From the NCBI GenBank assembly GCA_963798955.1, contig CAWCVO010000002.1, positions 512,122-576,121 of the forward strand: a stretch of 64,000 nucleotides of DNA, in the 5' to 3' direction. Source of the DNA: an uncultured Chloroflexia bacterium. Its GTDB lineage: Bacteria; Chloroflexota; Limnocylindria; Limnocylindrales; CSP1-4. The notes under the pieces are model-generated. The model had not been told where the DNA came from, searched no databases, and saw only the letters and a program-made list of their open reading frames with translations. Every line of letters starts with the position of its first letter. The first letter of the stretch is position 1. Shown piece after piece: positions 8,440 through 17,935 of the stretch. Position numbers and translations under genes: made by a program.

Positions 8440-10713
8440 TCAGCGCGGCCGCGGGGTGCGTCGCGGCCGGATGGTCGGCGATGCGCTCGGTGATGGGCTC
8501 GTGGATGCGCTCGCCGAAGGCGAAGGCGAGCCGGCCGAGCCGGTGGGCGACGAGCTCGCCGAGGGCGAGGGCGAGGGCGCTGGGTTGGGCCGCTGGAGCA
8601 CGCTCTTGTAGATGCCATTGTCCGTGGCCCAGTAGAGAACCGGCGCGTCGACACCGTTGTCGACGAGATACATGCCGACGATGCCGGCGAGCGGGGGCGT
8701 GCCCGGAGCCGCGACGAACTGCTCCACGTAGGTGGCGGTCGCCTTGTCGAAGACGACGATGCGCTGGTGCTTCGTATCCAGCACGAACAACTGGCCCACA
8801 CCCACGTCACCCGAGGCAACCATCAGGCGGTAGTCGTGGCCCGGTCGCAGATCGCCATTGTCGGGCGGTGTATCGGGCGCGAACGTGGTCTGGCGCCCGT
8901 CGAAGTACTGCAGCACGGTGTCACTCGTGACCGCGTACACGTCGCCGTCGACGAGCAACTGATGGAAGGCGCTGACATCCTCCCCTTCGCTCACGAAGTA
9001 GGGGTTGGGCGCCGAGAAACCGCTGCCATCGGCGGTCGGGTCGTAGCGCAGGATCTGGCTCTCCGGCGGATATGGAACGTAGAGCCGATATAGGCCCTGG
9101 TCGGAGTTGATGACGAACGTCTCGATATCGGGCACCTCGCTGCCCCAGGTCTGTGTGCCGCCCACGTTGATCTGCCCGAGCGTCCCGCCGCCGACGGCGT
9201 CGGACGGCCGCCAGCGCCACAGCGCGCCGTTGGCGTCGACGATCAGCAGGTCCGGGCCACCAACCGACAGCAGCGCCGCCGGAGCGATCCCCCCGCCGCC
9301 CTGTTCACCAGCCTGGACGATGGTCGCCACCGAGCCACTGTCGGGGTCGATGCGCATCACGGCCTGGCCGGCGATTGCATAAGCGGCGCCATCCGGCCCG
9401 CGCACGAGGTCGCTCAGGGCCACGCCCGACGGGGCCGAGTAGACCGGTGTCGCGGCGACCGAGAACGTCTGGTAGAGCTTGTCCAGGCCGGCTGCGATCT
9501 GCCCGCGCAGGGCATTGACCCGGCTGGCGTCGACGGTCGCCGCGGCGCGCCCCAGATCCGTCCAGGCTGACTGCAGGAGGGTGGTGGCCTGCTCCGGGTC
9601 ACTCTGCATGAGGTTGCCTGTCAGCGCCTGGCTTGCTTCGCCGTAAGCCTGATCGTAGGCCGCTTCGCCCTGTGTCAGTTGCGGGTTGGGGGTCTCATTG
9701 CGGAATGGGCCCGCGTACCACACGATGCCGCCCACGATCGCCACGACAACGATGAAGGCAAGCGCGGCAAATGCGGCCCGGCGGCGCGTCTCCTCGCGGT
9801 TGGTCACAGAATCGATGCGCCGGAAACGCGTCTGCCGGCGGGGCATCAATTCCAGGAGACGGCCCACCCCGCCGGCGAACACCTCGCGCAATGCGCCCCG
9901 CGCCGCGGCCGCGCGGTCCTGGACGGCGGTCGCGGCGTCGGCGAAATGGTCCGTGAGCGGCATCGGGGCGCCCAACGGCGCGCCGCCGGGCGGCTCGCTG
10001 GGAGAGACGGGCACCAGCCGGTGCTCGACGTGGGACAGCGCCACCTCGCTCGCCTCGATTACCAGCACGCCATCCGACCCATCGCCGCCGGCAGCGACGA
10101 ACAGGTGGTGGAGGTGCTCCACCGCCGACTGCGGGTGGAGTGTCACCACCGCGTTCTTCAATTCCTCCGTGCCCACTACCTCGACCACGTTGCGCGACGC
10201 GAGTACGAGCGAGTCGCCCACGCTGAAATCGCCTCGCCACACGTCGACGCGCGGCAGGTCAGCCTGCGGGAGGCCGTCGCCCGGCTCGTGCTCGGGCATC
10301 AGCAACCTCGCCGAGCGGATCAGATAGCTTTCGGCCGGGCCGCAACTCGCGACGTACAACTCGTTGCCGCGCACGACCGCCGCCGCCACGCCGACCGAGC
10401 CCGCCTGCAGGCCGTTTGCCTCCCGTGCTCCACGCAGCCGCCGGTTAGCGGCGCGGATCGCCTTCCCGAGGACGATGACGATGCCGGCCAATTCGTCGTA
10501 GTAGTACTCGCGCCGGATGATGTCGGCGACAAGTCGGCAGGCCTCACGCCCGCGACCGCCGGGGGTGCTCGAGCTGACGACCACGTACAGGGAGCCCTTG
10601 GTGCGCGTCTTCGAACCTGTCGTCGGTTCGCTGACGAGCAGGGCGTCGGAGGAATCGGGCAGTCTGTCCTCCTCGGACACGAGCCCGTACTTGAGCGCGA
10701 GGCGAGAAGCCAT
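8440..10713 (-). CDS. Hypothetical single-pass membrane protein: degenerate PP2C-like N-terminal domain, TM helix, extracellular beta-propeller-like domain, Pro/Ser tail
   Basis: 757-aa ORF with good codon usage. AIRAANRRL...VVRGNELYVASCG...GDSLVLAS follows PP2C fold order without the catalytic Asp motifs. TM at AAFAALAFIVVVAIVGGIVW. Confidence 0.7.
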   Translation of the reverse strand: MASRLALKYGLVSEEDRLPDSSDALLVSEPTTGSKTRTKGSLYVVVSSSTPGGRGREACRLVADIIRREYYYDELAGIVIVLGKAIRAANRRLRGAREANGLQAGSVGVAAAVVRGNELYVASCGPAESYLIRSARLLMPEHEPGDGLPQADLPRVDVWRGDFSVGDSLVLASRNVVEVVGTEELKNAVVTLHPQSAVEHLHHLFVAAGGDGSDGVLVIEASEVALSHVEHRLVPVSPSEPPGGAPLGAPMPLTDHFADAATAVQDRAAAARGALREVFAGGVGRLLELMPRRQTRFRRIDSVTNREETRRRAAFAALAFIVVVAIVGGIVWYAGPFRNETPNPQLTQGEAAYDQAYGEASQALTGNLMQSDPEQATTLLQSAWTDLGRAAATVDASRVNALRGQIAAGLDKLYQTFSVAATPVYSAPSGVALSDLVRGPDGAAYAIAGQAVMRIDPDSGSVATIVQAGEQGGGGIAPAALLSVGGPDLLIVDANGALWRWRPSDAVGGGTLGQINVGGTQTWGSEVPDIETFVINSDQGLYRLYVPYPPESQILRYDPTADGSGFSAPNPYFVSEGEDVSAFHQLLVDGDVYAVTSDTVLQYFDGRQTTFAPDTPPDNGDLRPGHDYRLMVASGDVGVGQLFVLDTKHQRIVVFDKATATYVEQFVAAPGTPPLAGIVGMYLVDNGVDAPVLYWATDNGIYKSVLQRPNPAPSPSPSASSSPTGSAGSPSPSASASTSPSPSASPTIRPRRTPRPR

Positions 10714-10725
10714 GGGCGGCCTAGT

Positions 10726-11097
10726 CTACCGTGGCTGCGATCGGCTAACGCCCGGCCCCGAGCCTTGACCCATGGGCCGGACGCTGATGCGCAGCTCGAG
10801 CAGGTGCTCGCCGTCCGGTGCGCCGGCGAAGGCCGCCAGCAGCTCGTTCTGGCGCAGGCGGAGTTCCTGCGCGACCAGTCCGTCAGTGGCACTCACGAGC
10901 AGTGTCGGCGCCTGCACCGAGAGCATCTTGGTGGCACCCGCGGCGGCAGGAACCAGTTCGGCCACGAGGCGCTCCCAGATCGCCATCTGGCGCGCAACGC
11001 GCAGCTCCCGGTCGAGCCCGAGCTCCGCGGCGACGCCTGGCAGCACGTCGCCCAGACGGCGCGGCTGGCGCCGATCGTGGCCGTTCGGGGGGCCCAT
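10726..11097 (-). CDS. dciA: DUF721 / DciA family replicative helicase loader
   Basis: RLGDVL...WERLV...LLVSATDGLVAQELRL pattern, directly downstream of recF. Confidence 0.75.
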   Translation of the reverse strand: MGPPNGHDRRQPRRLGDVLPGVAAELGLDRELRVARQMAIWERLVAELVPAAAGATKMLSVQAPTLLVSATDGLVAQELRLRQNELLAAFAGAPDGEHLLELRISVRPMGQGSGPGVSRSQPR

Positions 11098-11100
11098 CGC

Positions 11101-12225
11101 TTAACCGCGCCGTGTGAGCCGGCCGGGGCTCACTTGCCACGTGGCTGCGGCACGCACCAGGGCTGGATCGAGATCGTCGGTGGTCGTCGTCGTCACGAAC
11201 GCCTGCGGTAACTCTCCGATTCGACGCACGAGATGCGCGCGGCGTTCAGGGTCGAGCTCACTGAAGACATCGTCGAGCAACAGTAGCGGCGGCACACCGA
11301 GGACCTCGGTAAGCACGTCGAGTTGGGCCAGCTTGAAGGCCAGGATCGCGGTCCGTTGCTGGCCGCGCGAAGCGTAGCTCGCGAGTTCACGGGCCTCCGT
11401 GCGGAAAACGATGTCGTCACGGTGCGGTCCGACCAGGGTGACGCCGTTCCATAGCTCTTTCTGGGCCGTATCCACCAGCCGGCGCGTAAGCGCGTCGCGT
11501 GTCGACTCGCCGGTCAGGGGGGCGGCGTTGCTCTGGTATTGAGCCTCCAGGTCTGGTTCGTCGGGCGCTATCTCGCGATGCGCCGCCGCGAGGTTCGGGC
11601 CCAGGCGTTCGAGGAGTGCACGCCGCCAGTCCACGATGCGGCTGCCTTCGTCGATGACGACGCCATCCCAGTAGTGCAATTCGTCAGGCGCTGCGGTCCC
11701 GTCGCGGATGGAGCGCAGCAGGTTGTTTCGCTGCGTCACGGCGCGCGCATATGTCGCCATGGCCGAACCCGCCGCGGGAACGGTCTGATCGACCAGGGTG
11801 TCGATCGCCTGGCGGCGCAGGGCAGGTGACCCGACGACGAGGAGCATGTCCTCGGGCGCGAAGAGCACGACCGGGACGGCCATGCGCAGGGTTGTCGGCC
11901 GCCGCGCAACACCATTGACCAGCGCGCGCTTGCGGCCACCGCCAGCCGCCGTTCGGCTGATGACCATCTCGACGCTCGTCGGCCCGCCGAGAGGTGATGG
12001 GTCGAGCTCAGCCGCGATCCGCGCAAATTCGTGGCCCCAGCTGATCACCTCGCCGTCCTGCCCCGCCCGGTGAGAGCGCCCGCGCCCGAGCATGGCCAGG
12101 CCTTCGAGCAGATTGGTCTTGCCAGTGGCGTTCTGGCCAACCACCACCTGGGCGCCCGACGGGAAGTCCGCGGCCAGCTCGAGGTAGCTGCGAAAAGAAG
12201 TGAGAACGAGGTGTTCGATGCGCAT
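11101..12225 (-). CDS. recF: DNA replication/repair protein RecF
   Basis: MRIEHLVLTSFRSY start, Walker A GQNATGKTN, GPHRDD, ASRGQQRT, LLLDDVFSELD. Confidence 0.95.
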   Translation of the reverse strand: MRIEHLVLTSFRSYLELAADFPSGAQVVVGQNATGKTNLLEGLAMLGRGRSHRAGQDGEVISWGHEFARIAAELDPSPLGGPTSVEMVISRTAAGGGRKRALVNGVARRPTTLRMAVPVVLFAPEDMLLVVGSPALRRQAIDTLVDQTVPAAGSAMATYARAVTQRNNLLRSIRDGTAAPDELHYWDGVVIDEGSRIVDWRRALLERLGPNLAAAHREIAPDEPDLEAQYQSNAAPLTGESTRDALTRRLVDTAQKELWNGVTLVGPHRDDIVFRTEARELASYASRGQQRTAILAFKLAQLDVLTEVLGVPPLLLLDDVFSELDPERRAHLVRRIGELPQAFVTTTTTDDLDPALVRAAATWQVSPGRLTRRG

Positions 12226-12247
12226 GCCGGCCAACCGGCGCCCACGA

Positions 12248-13366
12248 TCAGGACGGCGTCCGCACCGGCATGACCACGTGGACGTATTCCTCGTCGTTCG
12301 TGGGACGCAGTACCCCCGGTGACAGCGGCCCTGAGAACTCGAGCGCCAACTGCTCGTGATCGAGGTTCTGGAGCGCTTCCTGCAGGTAGCGCGCGTTGAA
12401 GGAGATCTGGACGGCCTCCCCCTCGATGCCGGCTTCGACCTCGCCCTGTTCCTCGCCGACATCGGCCGCGGCGGCAATCGTGATCGTACCGGACCCCTGG
12501 TCGTCGAGCCGCAGGCGAATGACGTTCGCCGCCGAGCTGGCAATCAGCGCTGCCAGGCGGACCGCCTTGAGCAGGTCGTCGCGGTCGACCACGGCGCGCG
12601 TGGTGTGCGAGGAGGGCAATACCTGCTGGTAGTTGGGGAATTGACCATCGATCAGCCGGCTGACGATGTCGACGTCCTGGACGTGGAACAGAACCTGGCT
12701 CTTCGAGCCGGCGAGCATCATGTCGACCGGTTCGTCCGTGTCACCCAGCACGCGTAACAGCTCGGCGTATGAGCGGGCCGGTACGACCAGGCTCGTGTCC
12801 TCGACAGGGTCGAGCAGCGGCAGGCTACGCACGGCGATGCGGTAGTTATCCGCCGCGGCCAATGTCAGTTCGTTGCCCGACAAGCGCGTGAGAACGCCGG
12901 TCAGGATCGGCCGCGCCTCATCGCTGGCCGCGGCGAACACGACCTGGGACAGGGCCCTGCGCAGCTCCTTCTGGCTTACCCGGGTGGTCGGCCGTTCGCC
13001 CGGCGAGGGTATGACCGGAAACTCCTCGGCATCGATCCCGCGCAGCTGCGTATGGAACCGGCCGGCGCGGACCTTCAGGGTCGTGTCACCGTCGCTCTCC
13101 AGTTCGACGCGTTCGCCTGCCGGCAAACCGGCGACGAGGTCGTTGAACAGCCGCGCGGGCACCGTCAGGCTTCCTTCCTGCTCGATCTTGCCGGGCACCC
13201 AGGCGGTCACGCCGATCTCGAGATTCGTGGCCGTCAGCTTGAGCCCGGCGTCTTCGGTCCGGAGCAGAACATTGGCCAGTACCGGCAGCGTGCTGCGATT
13301 GCTGACCGCCCGGCTGGCGACCTGCAGACCACGCGCCAGGTTTTCCTGCATCACCGATAGCTTCAC
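12248..13366 (-). CDS. dnaN: DNA polymerase III beta sliding clamp
   Basis: GTG start after GGAG. LKLTATNLEIG, EARPILTGV, SRLIDGQFPNYQQV, C-terminal VVMPVR. Confidence 0.97.
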   Translation of the reverse strand: MKLSVMQENLARGLQVASRAVSNRSTLPVLANVLLRTEDAGLKLTATNLEIGVTAWVPGKIEQEGSLTVPARLFNDLVAGLPAGERVELESDGDTTLKVRAGRFHTQLRGIDAEEFPVIPSPGERPTTRVSQKELRRALSQVVFAAASDEARPILTGVLTRLSGNELTLAAADNYRIAVRSLPLLDPVEDTSLVVPARSYAELLRVLGDTDEPVDMMLAGSKSQVLFHVQDVDIVSRLIDGQFPNYQQVLPSSHTTRAVVDRDDLLKAVRLAALIASSAANVIRLRLDDQGSGTITIAAAADVGEEQGEVEAGIEGEAVQISFNARYLQEALQNLDHEQLALEFSGPLSPGVLRPTNDEEYVHVVMPVRTPS

Positions 13367-13734
13367 GTCGCTGGGACTCCCTTCACCGTGCTGGCGGCGG
13401 GTGACGAATCGGCGTGGCGGCGCCAAATCGCTGGTGGATTACTGTCTCTTTCTATCTTCTCATTACATAATCATCATCATGGCGTGGAAAGCGGGGAAAG
13501 CGGCTTTCCACGAGGCCCGGCGACCTCAGGCCGGGCACCTGCTGGTGGAGCGAGTGTGCGTCCGCCGGGGATGCTTTCCTTGGTGGCCGCCGAGTGTCCG
13601 CAGCCGACCCACCGTTCGTTTCCACAACTGGGCCCGAATCTCCACAGAATCTGGCACCTTATCCACGGCGGACCGGTCGCAGGACGACCCTGAATGAGTC
13701 TGTAACGCCACGCTGGGCCGTTGTCACGCGCCCT
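13367..13734. other. Chromosomal replication origin oriC (dnaA-dnaN intergenic)
   Basis: DnaA-box variants at 13483-13491, 13492-13500, 13504-13512, 13618-13626, 13638-13646 and 13659-13667 (TTATCCACG). An AT-rich stretch at 13438-13480 contains trinucleotide repeats. Confidence 0.85.
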
Positions 13735-15111
13735 TCAGTCCGAGTAGATCAACTCGCGCACCGCCGCCAGGTCGCGTCGCAACTCCTCGTTCTCCTGTGT
13801 TTCCCGGTCGATCTTGTCGCACGCGTGGAGCACCGTGGAGTGGTCGCGGCCGCCAAGCTCCTGGCCGATGCGCAGCAACGAAACGTCGGTCTCGGCACGC
13901 ATCAGGTACATCGCTATCTGGCGTGGCGTCACGATTGCACGATCGCGCTTTTGCCCCCTGAGGGCCTCGAGCTCAACGCTGTAGTACTCCGACACAGCCT
14001 GCACGATGCGCTCGGGCGTGACCATCCGGCGCTTTGGGTTGTACAGCACGTTCGAAAGGACGGCCTGGGCAAGCTCGATGCTGATCGGCATGCCACCCAT
14101 GTTGGCGTAGGCGACGATGCGGTTGAGGGCGCCCTCGAGCTCGCGAATGTTGCTGATCACCTTGCGGGCGATGAACTCGAGCACGTCAGCGGTGATGCGC
14201 ACCTGCTGCTCCTCGGCCTTGGCGCGCAGGATCGCGATGCGCGTCTCGAGGTCGGGCGCGGTCAAATCGGCAATCAACCCCCACTCGAAGCGACTGCGCA
14301 GCCGTTCCTCGAGGGTGACGATCAGCTTGGGCGGTCGATCTGACGAAAGCACGATCTGCTTGCCGTCTTCGTGGATGGCATTGAAGGTGTGAAAGAACTC
14401 TTCCTGGGTGCGCTCCTTGTCGGCGATGAACTGGATGTCGTCGATCAAGAGCAGGTCGATGCGTCGGTAGCGGGCGCGAAAGTCGTCGATCTTGCCCTGC
14501 TGGATGCTGGTGATGAATTCGTTGGTGAACTTCTCGCTGGTGGCATAGACGACGCGCTTGCGCGGGAAGCGCGCGAGCACCTGGTTGCCGATGGCGTGCA
14601 TCAGGTGGGTCTTGCCCAAGCCCACGCCGCCATACAGGAACAGCGGGTTGTAGGCATGGCCGGGACGTTCGGCCACGGACAGGCTGGCGGCATGGGCCAG
14701 GCGGTTGGCGGAACCGACGATGAAGTTACGGAAGGTGTAGCGCGGGTTCAGGTTGGCGCTGCTTCCTTCCGACCCGCCCACACGCCCGGGCTCAAGCCGC
14801 ACCGGCGCCGAGACGCTCGCTTCGAGTTGGGCTGGGGCGGCGGTGTTGCCCGAGCCGGCCGACATTCCCTCGCGCACCTCGAAGTCGACCTGGACGCTGT
14901 AGCCCACCACGCGCGCCAGTGTCTGGCTGATCAGTGACCGATAACGCGTCTCCAGCCAGTCCTTGGCGAAGCCGTTCGGCACCGCGACGCGAAAGCGGTT
15001 GTCGTCGACAGCGACGAGAGCCGTTTCCTTGAGCCAGGTCTCGAAGTTGGCAGGTGAAAGCGAGACCTGCAACTCGCCCAGCGCCGCACGCCAGACCTGC
15101 TTCGCGTCCAT
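13735..15111 (-). CDS. dnaA: Chromosomal replication initiator DnaA
   Basis: NPRYTFRNFIVG, YNPLFLYGGVGLGKTHL, DDIQF, RSRFEWGL, GGRDHSTVLHA. Start taken at MDAKQVW. Confidence 0.98.
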   Translation of the reverse strand: MDAKQVWRAALGELQVSLSPANFETWLKETALVAVDDNRFRVAVPNGFAKDWLETRYRSLISQTLARVVGYSVQVDFEVREGMSAGSGNTAAPAQLEASVSAPVRLEPGRVGGSEGSSANLNPRYTFRNFIVGSANRLAHAASLSVAERPGHAYNPLFLYGGVGLGKTHLMHAIGNQVLARFPRKRVVYATSEKFTNEFITSIQQGKIDDFRARYRRIDLLLIDDIQFIADKERTQEEFFHTFNAIHEDGKQIVLSSDRPPKLIVTLEERLRSRFEWGLIADLTAPDLETRIAILRAKAEEQQVRITADVLEFIARKVISNIRELEGALNRIVAYANMGGMPISIELAQAVLSNVLYNPKRRMVTPERIVQAVSEYYSVELEALRGQKRDRAIVTPRQIAMYLMRAETDVSLLRIGQELGGRDHSTVLHACDKIDRETQENEELRRDLAAVRELIYSD

Positions 15112-15330
15112 CAATACCCGGCCCCGACTACTGCTGTTTGTGGGCTCCGAGGGCGGCGTTGTCCGCGTTACGGCGTGGCGCGCGGCTCTCCTCGGAGGCG
15201 CCGCTGCGACCTGCGCAGGCTTCCCGGACCAGCCGGTCGACAGCGGTCTGACGTTCCTCTCTCCCACGGTCCCCAGGACCCGGGGCTGGCAACACTAGCA
15301 CCGCCCTCGGCCGCCCCGCAACCGCAAATC

Positions 15331-15353
15331 CACATACTCCATGGGAGTATGTG
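15331..15353. promoter_or_regulatory. 10-bp inverted repeat upstream of dnaA (possible operator), overlapping a weak DnaA box
   Basis: CACATACTCC-atg-GGAGTATGTG. AAATCCACA at 15326-15334. Confidence 0.4.
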
Positions 15354-15400
15354 CGCCTGAACCCCGGATCGGTGTCCTGTGGTCGGCTCAGGTGGTGGTT

Positions 15401-15784
15401 CTAGCCGACCCTGTCGCCCGGTGAGGCGCCCTCGTCGACGCTCAGCAAGGGAATCTGGCCGCCGCGCGACAGTGCACCGAGGACGAGCACCTCGCTTACG
15501 AAGCCAGCCACGTTACGCGTGGGGAAGTTGACCACCGCCACGACCAGCCGGCCGACCAGGACCGTCGGGTCGGGGTACGTCCCGGGCAGCTGGGCGGAAG
15601 AGCGCCGGATTCCCGACGGCCCGAAGTCGATTGTCAGGCGGTAGGCCGGTTTGCGCGCCGCGGGGAAAGGCTCTGCCGCGAGCACGCGTCCGACGCGCAT
15701 ATCGAGGCGTTCGAAGTCCGCCATCGTCGCGCTGCCCGGTGGCGCCAAACCGGCGCCCGCCACGTCCTTTTGCACGGCTGTCAC
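15401..15784 (-). CDS. csaA: CsaA / tRNA-binding OB-fold chaperone
   Basis: [28 protein letters not shown]...SSAQL...[25 protein letters not shown] precedes GTG 15784. Confidence 0.85.
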   Translation of the reverse strand: MTAVQKDVAGAGLAPPGSATMADFERLDMRVGRVLAAEPFPAARKPAYRLTIDFGPSGIRRSSAQLPGTYPDPTVLVGRLVVAVVNFPTRNVAGFVSEVLVLGALSRGGQIPLLSVDEGASPGDRVG

Positions 15785-15967
15785 AATCACCTCCCGGACC
15801 AACTCTCCGTTGCGGTCCGTGTTGTCGCTATAATCGCGCCCGATCGATGCGCTAGGCGCTTGCGTGTCGAATTCGTCGCCGCGCCGGCCCACCTGGGCGC
15901 GTTCAAGACCACCGGACCGGTCGGTGATGGCCGACCGATATCGTCAGCGCCCGGAGCCCAGGGAGCC

Positions 15968-16105
15968 ATGACCAAGCAGACGTTCCAGCCCAAGAAACGC
16001 CATCGTGCCAAGGAGCACGGCTTCCGGGCCCGGATGAAGACCAAGGGGGGTCGCCGGGTTCTCGCCGCGCGCCGCGCCAAGGGACGCCACAAGCTGAGCG
16101 CCTGA
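15968..16105 (+). CDS. rpmH: 50S ribosomal protein L34
   Basis: [45 protein letters not shown] after GGAG. TATAAT at 15829-15834. Confidence 0.97.
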   Translation: MTKQTFQPKKRHRAKEHGFRARMKTKGGRRVLAARRAKGRHKLSA

Positions 16106-16123
16106 GCCGACCAGAGGCGGGTA

Positions 16124-16462
16124 TTGGCTCCGCTCGAGATGATCCGCTCGGCAACCGACTTCGCCAGATTGCAGCAGGAGGGCAGGAGTCGGTCCCATCC
16201 GCTGCTCCTACTTCGCTACCGCAGGAACGATCTTGACCGCACCCGTTACGGCATCTCCACCGCGCGACGCATCGGTACGGCAGTGCTCCGTAACCGACTT
16301 CGGCGACGGCTGCGCTCGGTGCTGCGCGAACTCGGCCCGACGGTCAGTCCGGGCTGGGACGTGTTGATCGTCGTGCGTGCTGCTGCCGCCGGTGCGCGCC
16401 AGGCAGATCTCGAAAACGCCCTCGGGCGGCTTATCACGAGCAGCGGTCTGCGCGCCCCATGA
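16124..16462 (+). CDS. rnpA: Ribonuclease P protein component
   Basis: [24 protein letters not shown] (RNR motif), follows rpmH. Confidence 0.93.
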   Translation: MAPLEMIRSATDFARLQQEGRSRSHPLLLLRYRRNDLDRTRYGISTARRIGTAVLRNRLRRRLRSVLRELGPTVSPGWDVLIVVRAAAAGARQADLENALGRLITSSGLRAP

Positions 16463-16665
16463 AACGTGTCGGCATCGGGCTCATTCACCTGTATCGCATC
16501 ATGTTCGCGTGGCTGCCGTCGAGCTGCCGTTTCGAGCCCACCTGCTCGCGCTATACGGAGCAGGCGATCGCCAAGTACGGTCTGCTCAAGGGCAGCTGGA
16601 TGGGGGCCAAACGCATCGCCCGTTGCCATCCGTGGAATCCGGGAGGTTATGACCCCGTCCGCTGA
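16459..16665 (+). CDS. yidD: Membrane protein insertion efficiency factor YidD
   Basis: [10 protein letters not shown]...[13 protein letters not shown]. Confidence 0.95.
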   Translation: MKRVGIGLIHLYRIMFAWLPSSCRFEPTCSRYTEQAIAKYGLLKGSWMGAKRIARCHPWNPGGYDPVR

Positions 16666-17935
16666 CGCCCGCCGCCCGAACCTGGGTGGCTGGCTGATCC
16701 TGTCCGCAGTCGTGGCGCTGAGCGCGCTGATGCTGCTGGCGTTGCAGCCGGGCATGGCGCTGGCCGCATCGCCTGATGCCAGTCCAGTCGTCTCGGCCGT
16801 GCCGACCGTCCAGCCGACGGTCGAGCCGACGCCGGTGGTGAGTGCGTCGCCCGGCGCAGCAGCGGCACCGTGCCCTGTACCAACGCCCGATCCATCGGCG
16901 ACACCACTTGCTCCGGGGACCACGCCCGCGCCGCACAACCTCTGCCCGGCGACGTTGAGCGGCAGCCCCACCGACCTTCTTGCGTGGCTGTTCAACCCGA
17001 TCTTTCAGACCCTCTTCCTGGGCCTGGTGATCTTCTACAAGTTCACCGGCGACATCGGCATCGCGATCGTCTTGCTGACCCTGGTCATCAAGACCATCCT
17101 GGTGCCGCTCTTCCGAGCCCAGATCGTGTCCCAGCGGCGCATGCAGATGCTGCAGCCCGAGATCAAGGCGCTGCAGCTCAAGTTCAAGGGCAACCGGACC
17201 AAGATCAATGAAGAGACCATGCGGCTCTATCGCGAACGCGGCGTCAACCCGGCGTCGGGCTGCCTGCCGTCGGTCCTGCAGCTCTTCCTGTTGTTGCCCA
17301 TCTACCAGGTCTTCTACACCGGCCTGGCAGCGCCCAATATCGACTCGGCGCTGCAGTTCCTGACCATCCCCCTCAAGGGCCTCATCCAATGCCAGGCAAC
17401 CGGCCCGTGCCTCGATCCGACGATCCATTGGCTCGGCAACCTGCCCGCTCAGCATCCCGAGATTCTGTTCACCATCCCGGGCATCGGCTTCGGCGTCAGT
17501 GCGCTGGCCATCTTCTCGGCATTGCTGCAACTCATACAGACGCGCATGGCGACACCCCGCACGAGCGACCCGACAGCGGCCACCTCGCAGAGAGCATTGC
17601 TTCTCCTGCCTTTGATCTCGATCGTTTACGGTTCATTCCTACCCGCAGGGTTGTTCATCTACTGGGTTGTGTTCACCACCTATTCGATAGTCCAGCAGTA
17701 TCTGATCGCCGGCTGGGGATCACTGTTTCCGATCCTCGGCTGGACACCCGGCTTCGCGCGCGATCACCAACCGCGGTTCCCGGTTCCCCCACCGAGGCCA
17801 CTCACACCTAGCGCAGACAGCGGCGGGGATCGCCGCGGCGAACCAGACAACCGCAGCGCGAGTGACCGCGCGGCGGGCACCATCAGACCGGCACGCCAGC
17901 GTGGGCGAACGAGCCGGCGAGGGAGGCGGCGATGA
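16649..17935 (+). CDS. yidC: Membrane protein insertase YidC/Oxa1
   Basis: GGAGG-ATG at 16649. [45 protein letters not shown]. Confidence 0.93.
   Translation: MTPSADARRPNLGGWLILSAVVALSALMLLALQPGMALAASPDASPVVSAVPTVQPTVEPTPVVSASPGAAAAPCPVPTPDPSATPLAPGTTPAPHNLCPATLSGSPTDLLAWLFNPIFQTLFLGLVIFYKFTGDIGIAIVLLTLVIKTILVPLFRAQIVSQRRMQMLQPEIKALQLKFKGNRTKINEETMRLYRERGVNPASGCLPSVLQLFLLLPIYQVFYTGLAAPNIDSALQFLTIPLKGLIQCQATGPCLDPTIHWLGNLPAQHPEILFTIPGIGFGVSALAIFSALLQLIQTRMATPRTSDPTAATSQRALLLLPLISIVYGSFLPAGLFIYWVVFTTYSIVQQYLIAGWGSLFPILGWTPGFARDHQPRFPVPPPRPLTPSADSGGDRRGEPDNRSASDRAAGTIRPARQRGRTSRRGRRR

Noticed and set aside
12226-12543. N-terminal extension of RecF (likewise DnaA, YidC, PBP2, TsaC extensions)
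   Set aside because: Longest-ORF artefacts overlapping neighbouring genes. Family homology begins at the downstream starts.
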